A model generated the notes under the pieces. That model ran no database searches. It was not told the DNA's origin and saw only the letters and a list, made by a program, of their open reading frames with translations. DNA of 64,000 nucleotides, taken from the NCBI GenBank assembly GCA_965226555.1, contig CBDDDG010000010.1:480001-544000 (forward strand), given 5' to 3'. The DNA is from Salinispira sp. GTDB lineage: Bacteria; Spirochaetota; Spirochaetia; DSM-27196; Salinispiraceae. A program made the translations under genes and the position numbers. Below, in pieces: positions 58,896-64,000 of the stretch (the first letter of the stretch is position 1; each line of letters opens with the position of its first letter).

Positions 58896-60521
58896 GAGAC
58901 CATTGCATAATCCATGGTTTTATTGATGTAGGGAAGGATGATAAAAAATTTGAGATAAAGTGATGGGATGATGCGGGAAAAACGGGGTGATAACACCATC
59001 TGAGTGCCTGCAAAGGATCGCATTTCGCTCATTTTCGACCGTTTCTCCGCTGGTTTTCGTCTTTCGGGCGTCTGTTGCCGGTCGGCTTCTGCCGTTTGTC
59101 CCGAATGCGGTCGCTAAGCCGCCCATTTTCCCTGTTTCTGCAATTCCAAAATCTTCGGTACCCGTTTCAAATTATACGCAATAGCAGACAACAGATGCTG
59201 CGTATGCGCTTTTGTTATTCCGACATAGCGGGTTCTCCCCCCGCCAAACCATTGGTGCATTCCTCCGAATGTGCGTTCTATTTTGTACCGTCCGCGCTGT
59301 ATCTCTTTGTTCCTCAGTTTCTGCTCCGCGGTCAATTGCTTCTTCTTCTCACCCTTCTTCGCTCTGGCTACCTTCCACATAATGCCGTCTTTCAGCTTTC
59401 TCTTCTTCAGCGCCGCTCGGTTCTTCGTGCTTGTATATCCTTTGTCCGCCTGCACTTCTACGTTCTCATCCAATTGCCCCTTATCGAGTAGCGTTTCAAA
59501 CACCGTACTGTCATGGACATTCGCCGGGGCTGGTCGGAGGCTGCGCCTCCTGCTCGCCCATGCGTCCGGGGTGGTCTCGACCGCTACCATAAGCCCATTG
59601 TCATCGGCAAGACAATGCTTCTTCGCTCCAAAATGAAATTCCCCATTCTTTTTCGTCCACCTCATATCGGTATCTACTCTGTCCGCAAACTTCTCCGGTT
59701 CCCGCTCTAAGGATTTATTATCCGATTGAGCGCATTCATCACTGTCTGTGCGATCAACGATCCCGCGGGGTTTTCTCGGACTTCTGGTAATGCTCGCATC
59801 AACTTTAACCGCTTTCTTAATCATAATCCCCCGCGTTTCAAGCTGTCGGTTTATTTCATTAAGCAGTCGGTCAAAGATTCCCGCTTTCGTCATGGCTGTG
59901 CGAAAACGGCTGAGAACACTGTGATCCGGCACATCATCTTCCACAATAAGACCGCAGAAATTCGATGCTCCCATGCTGTCATTCACCATATCTTCCACAC
60001 CATAATCGCTACAAAACTTTTGCTTTGGAAAATTGTGCTTGCACAATTTCCAATAGCAAAAGTTTCAGATTCGAAATGCTTTCTCTGTGCTTAGCATTCT
60101 CCTATGCTATAGAAAGTTTTGCCTGAGGCAAAACTTCTATTGAGATCATTCCACATTCCCAATAGAAGCATTTTGAACAGCAGCAGGCCAGGGTAGGCAG
60201 CCCTGCCGACCGCGCTGCTTCCTCGGGTATCGTGTTCTGTAATAATTTCCTCAATGGGCTTCCAGTCGATAATCTGGTCAATTTTCCGATAGAAGGTGTT
60301 TTTCCGTGTACGTCTTTCCATACTGTCTGCGACAAATGACATAGTGTGCTCCTGAGATTTGATCATGGTAAGGATCATAACATATATATGAGGACTGATT
60401 ACAGCCAGAAAGCAAAAAATCGAAAGAAAAATTCAAAAAAGTTCATATGGGATGTTGACACTCTGGATAAATGAACGGTACTATAATATCACCGATGAGA
60501 CTGTTGCCATGCAATGATCTC
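58896..60521 (-). mobile_element. IS5-like element, copy 2, complete, with 5-bp TSD ATCTG
   Basis: TIRs GAGA(C/T)CATTGCAT; ATCTG at 58891-58895 and 60522-60526. Confidence 0.88.
59114..60378 (-). pseudogene. IS5-family transposase with a frameshifting family A insertion (60011-60141) and an in-frame 42-bp family B insertion (~59525-59570)
   Basis: ADKGY, RYKIERTFG, AYNLKR; TT[PDAWASRRRSLRPA]PANVHD. Confidence 0.88.
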
Positions 60522-60575
60522 ATCTGGTTAATTACCCATACAGATAATTGCATACCACGTTTAGCCCAAGCCTCT

Positions 60576-61589
60576 CTACCCGGGCAGCCGCATAATTTTC
60601 TGAAGGCTTGCCGTGATGGAAGAGATATAACCTGTACCGAAAAGGTTGAGATGATTAAGGAGATGATAAAGATTATAAATCTCCTTTCTTATTTCATATT
60701 CTTTTTCAAACGATATAATATCAGCATAGCCCTGATAGAAACAATGATCAAAGCCGCCGAAGAGTTCAGTCATGGCGAGTTCGGCTTCATGATGCCCCCA
60801 GTATACAGCTGGATCGATGAGGGCGGTACAGGGTGAAGCAGACAGCATTATTGTTACATAGTTGCCTCCCCAGAGATCGCCATGGAGAAGGCTGGACGGC
60901 GGACGTTCGGGAATAAAGTCTCCAAGTCTTTTCATAAGCTGCCTGATATTTCGGGAAACATGAGGGGGTATACTGAATTTCTTTTCAGCGTCTTCCAACT
61001 GACAGGCAAGGCGTTGTTCAGTAAAGAATGTAACCCAGTTTTCTGAACACTGGTTCAGCTGAACGGTAAGACCAAGATAATTATTATGATCAAGTCCATA
61101 GAGGGGCTGGTCGGCGGCGGCGCGCGGGGGCTGGTCGGCGCTGCTCGCCTGCTCGCCCATGCGCCTGTTGCTGAGACGCGGGGGCTGGGCTGCGCTTTTT
61201 TTGTGGAAGCTTGCCAAGGCCCTCCCGAAATTTTCGGAGAGCTGCGCGCTTGACGGCATGTGTGAGAGAAATTCCATAAGAATGCCATGCGGGAGAACTG
61301 CATATACTCGGGGAATGTGAATTCCCTCAACGCGATGTTCAGCCAGAAGCCGCAGCCCCTGTGCCTCTGCCGCAAAAAAGGTACGGGGAACATTGCGGTT
61401 TTCCTTATACAGAATTTTCCCGATGCGGGGATGGCTGATTGCCTGAACATTACTTATACATCCGCCGCCGAGGGGTTCCCGTGCGCATTCTTTGGAACTG
61501 AGTTCTCCTCCGGCAAGATGAGAAAGCGCAGAATTAATATCGGGAAATTGCCCGGGTACTTCGGGTTTTCCTCCGGTATGCGCGGACAT
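60576..61589 (-). CDS. Fructosamine kinase family protein with a 26-aa repeat-derived insertion
   Basis: GGGCIS, FAAEAQGL, LLHGDLWGGN, IDPAVYWGHHEAELAMTELFGG, LNHLNLFG. Confidence 0.9.
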   Translation of the reverse strand: MSAHTGGKPEVPGQFPDINSALSHLAGGELSSKECAREPLGGGCISNVQAISHPRIGKILYKENRNVPRTFFAAEAQGLRLLAEHRVEGIHIPRVYAVLPHGILMEFLSHMPSSAQLSENFGRALASFHKKSAAQPPRLSNRRMGEQASSADQPPRAAADQPLYGLDHNNYLGLTVQLNQCSENWVTFFTEQRLACQLEDAEKKFSIPPHVSRNIRQLMKRLGDFIPERPPSSLLHGDLWGGNYVTIMLSASPCTALIDPAVYWGHHEAELAMTELFGGFDHCFYQGYADIISFEKEYEIRKEIYNLYHLLNHLNLFGTGYISSITASLQKIMRLPG

Positions 61590-62068
61590 TATAAGCTGCC
61601 TGATTTAAATAAGCCGAGCATATTATCAATGGTTCGCTTTACGATAATGAAAACATTTTCAAACCCTTCCGCGCCCCCATAGTAGGGATCTGGAACGTCA
61701 TCCGAGCTGCTGCCTTCAGGATCAAATTCACGGAACATGCGGAGGCGGGCTGATGTATTTTCTCCCGCAAGACGCTGAATTTCCCTGTAGTGTCCCCTAT
61801 CCATAACAAAAACATAATCATAGTACTCCATATCTGAGGCTCTGAAATGCCTCGCGGCATGGCTGAATGAAAATCCGTGATGAGCTGCTGTACGTCTCAT
61901 GCGCGGGTCTGCATTTTCACCGACATGGTACCCATGCGTACCGGCAGATTCCACTTCACAATTCATATTCTGTTCCCGCGCGGTCTTCTCAAACACAGCA
62001 TGTGCCAGCGGACTGCGGCAAATGTTTCCGGTACATACGAACAAAATTTTTTTTACACGATCTTTCAT
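61589..62068 (-). CDS. Low-molecular-weight protein tyrosine phosphatase
   Basis: VCTGNICRS P-loop, DVPDPYYG. Confidence 0.95.
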   Translation of the reverse strand: MKDRVKKILFVCTGNICRSPLAHAVFEKTAREQNMNCEVESAGTHGYHVGENADPRMRRTAAHHGFSFSHAARHFRASDMEYYDYVFVMDRGHYREIQRLAGENTSARLRMFREFDPEGSSSDDVPDPYYGGAEGFENVFIIVKRTIDNMLGLFKSGSL

Positions 62069-62078
62069 GAATATCCTC

Positions 62079-62134
62079 TAGAAATTTTTGCATTGGAAAA
62101 TTGCGCTTGCACAATTTTCAGTAGCAAAAATTTC
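62079..62134. repeat. Family A palindrome filling the cmk / LMW-PTP intergenic gap
   Basis: GAAATTTTTGCATTGGAAAATTGCGCTTGCACAATTTTCAGTAGCAAAAATTTC. Confidence 0.8.
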
Positions 62135-62136
62135 CT

Positions 62137-62694
62137 CTATTGGCAGTATTTCTGCAGTTCATTAAGCACACTTTCCAGTAACTGCTGGGGCGTATGGAGT
62201 CCTGTGTCAAAAATAATATCAGCAAACTGATATTGATTATTGTCAATTTTATATGTTTTGAGATAACGCTCACGATCTTCCCTGTCCCGCTTCTCGGTGT
62301 GGGCAAGAGCATACTCCTCGCTCCAGCCTTCCCGCTTCCTGATCCGATCTATTCGTACAGACAGGTCGGCGTGAAGATATACTTTGAGACAGGCATCTTT
62401 CTTCAGCCAGATTGCCAAGCGGGAAGCCAGTACGGAGCCGGTTTCTTCGGCCATCTCACGTTGACGCCTGTCGATAAGGCGGTCAATTTCATCGTTTACG
62501 GCAGCTTCTGACATAATATCCTCCAGACTCTGACCCCGCTCGGCAGCCAGAGCGCGGAAGGTATAGTTGACCAGTTTTAAGTTCAGGGTATTCGCAATGA
62601 GAGTACTTAAGGTAGTGTTGCCGCAGCCGCTTTTACCTGAAACCGCAATAATGGACTTGTTGCGATGGAGACAGCTTTTCACATGTTCTATCAT
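62137..62694 (-). CDS. cmk: Cytidylate kinase (archaeal-type / type 2)
   Basis: SGKSGCGNTT, FRALA.E.G, SRLAIW, RD.ED.ERY...Y.ID. Confidence 0.8.
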   Translation of the reverse strand: MIEHVKSCLHRNKSIIAVSGKSGCGNTTLSTLIANTLNLKLVNYTFRALAAERGQSLEDIMSEAAVNDEIDRLIDRRQREMAEETGSVLASRLAIWLKKDACLKVYLHADLSVRIDRIRKREGWSEEYALAHTEKRDREDRERYLKTYKIDNNQYQFADIIFDTGLHTPQQLLESVLNELQKYCQ

Positions 62695-63557
62695 TCAAGA
62701 TTCCTCAAATGTTCACGGATATTTTCCAGAGCATTTTTTATTTCGATAATTTGGGCAGGTATATGATCGGTAATGTTTTTTGATGCAATGGTATTTACCT
62801 CACGGTTCATCTCCTGACATATAAAATCGAGACGCTTGGCAGCAGCTGCATCTGAGGAAATTTCCCGGACAAACTGTTCAATATGATTGTTCAGCCTGTC
62901 CAGCTCTTCGGTAATGGAATGTTTGACAAGGAGAACCGCAATTTCAGCGAGTACCCGATCTTCCGGAATGTGATCGCCAAGAACCGCGTGGAAACGATCG
63001 CGCAGGCGTTTGTGCACATGTTCTTCGATCTGCGAGGCAGATTTCTGAACAATACTGAAATGTGATGTGATTTTTTCAAGCTGTGTGGTGATATCCCTGA
63101 CCGTTTCACTGCCTTCACGCCTTCGATGCTTTATAAACTCTTCCAGGGCCTGCTCCCCTGCTTTTTCAAGGATATCACGGAGTTCATCGGAAATATGAAT
63201 AGTATCCGGCATGATATGTTCCCTGAATTCCAGAATGTGGTCGATGGTGATTTCACCGGGAAGGTTCAGGTCTCTCTGAATTGAAGCGAGCATGTTTCGC
63301 AGATCTTCCGCCTTTTTCGGATCAATAGTAGGGGCACTGTCTCCGCTGCTGCTGACAGTGAGTTTCACTTCCACACGTCCCCGCCGGCAGCGATCTCGAA
63401 GGAGGGAACTGAACCATTCCTCAAAAAAAATAAAACTGCCGGGAACGGATAATCTCATATCCAGATAGCGGTGATTAAACCCTCGTATTTCCAGAAATAC
63501 ACTGTGCCGCGCATTGGAACATTCAGCATAGGCGTAAGCGGTCATACTGTGAATCAT
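62691..63557 (-). CDS. yicC: YicC/YloC-family endoribonuclease
   Basis: SMTAYA, NHRYLD, EELDRL, LDFICQEMNREVNTIASK. Confidence 0.92.
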   Translation of the reverse strand: MIHSMTAYAYAECSNARHSVFLEIRGFNHRYLDMRLSVPGSFIFFEEWFSSLLRDRCRRGRVEVKLTVSSSGDSAPTIDPKKAEDLRNMLASIQRDLNLPGEITIDHILEFREHIMPDTIHISDELRDILEKAGEQALEEFIKHRRREGSETVRDITTQLEKITSHFSIVQKSASQIEEHVHKRLRDRFHAVLGDHIPEDRVLAEIAVLLVKHSITEELDRLNNHIEQFVREISSDAAAAKRLDFICQEMNREVNTIASKNITDHIPAQIIEIKNALENIREHLRNLE

Positions 63558-64000
63558 ACATTACTCTCCAGCATCTCTGTCAGCCGTTTTCCGATCTGCC
63601 AGTTATTGCCTGCTCCCATAGTAACAAAAATATCTGTTTTTTGCAGCCGTTCTTTTACAAAAAGAGCCGCTTTTTCAAAATTGGGTATGTAATAGACATG
63701 GGGATGTGTTTTTCGGATTTCCCTGTACAGGCGATCTCCGTGAATGTTCCCCGGATTCGGTTCACGGGCTGAAGCATATATATCGTTTAGAATGAGAAGA
63801 TCGGCGCATGCAAAGGAAGCGGCAAAGTCTTCAAGCAGCGCCGTTGTACGGCTGTAGGTATGGGACATAAAATCGACAATGAGTCTGCGCCCGGGGAAAA
63901 ATTCACGGTAGCCTGCGAGGGTTGTCTGTATTGCTGTCGGATGATGCGCATAGTCATCCATGATTCTGATTCCGTCAATATCGGCAATGAGCTCACTTCG
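63554..64000 (-). CDS. murC: UDP-N-acetylmuramate--L-alanine ligase, 3' part
   Basis: DDYAHHPTAI, HTYSRT, DIYASARE, TMGAG. Confidence 0.92.
   Translation of the reverse strand, partial: RSELIADIDGIRIMDDYAHHPTAIQTTLAGYREFFPGRRLIVDFMSHTYSRTTALLEDFAASFACADLLILNDIYASAREPNPGNIHGDRLYREIRKTHPHVYYIPNFEKAALFVKERLQKTDIFVTMGAGNNWQIGKRLTEMLESNV

Overview
This is a spirochete-like chromosome segment (inferred from the RpoB/RpoC sequences, gene order and lipobox style; the FN3/propeller lipoprotein load suggests a host-associated lifestyle) with two contrasting halves. (1) Positions 1-29 kb are an accessory region. Two outward-pointing tandem arrays of four Rpn (PD-(D/E)xK, Transposase_31-like) genes each bracket three modular FN3 surface lipoproteins and several IS elements. 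A GYD-repeat/beta-propeller lipoprotein follows, and its 5' end is frameshifted by an 8-bp tandem repeat, consistent with a phase-OFF state. (2) Positions 29-64 kb are mostly housekeeping: adk, upp-like, four tRNAs, ilvD, rpsG-rpsL-rpoC-rpoB-rplL-rplJ-rplA-rplK-nusG-secE, sufE, an adenylate/guanylate cyclase operon, fructosamine kinase, LMW-PTP, cmk, yicC and murC. Two families of short palindromic elements occur across the whole window. The AT-rich family has arms (GAAACTTTTGCA) matching the terminal inverted repeats of the IS5-like element at 7842-9085. The second family is GC-rich. Both sit in intergenic spaces and inside genes, either breaking the frame or adding in-frame peptides. Every Rpn copy has an internal RBS+ATG consistent with a gene-within-gene antitoxin. 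All calls are by eye, without database searches.
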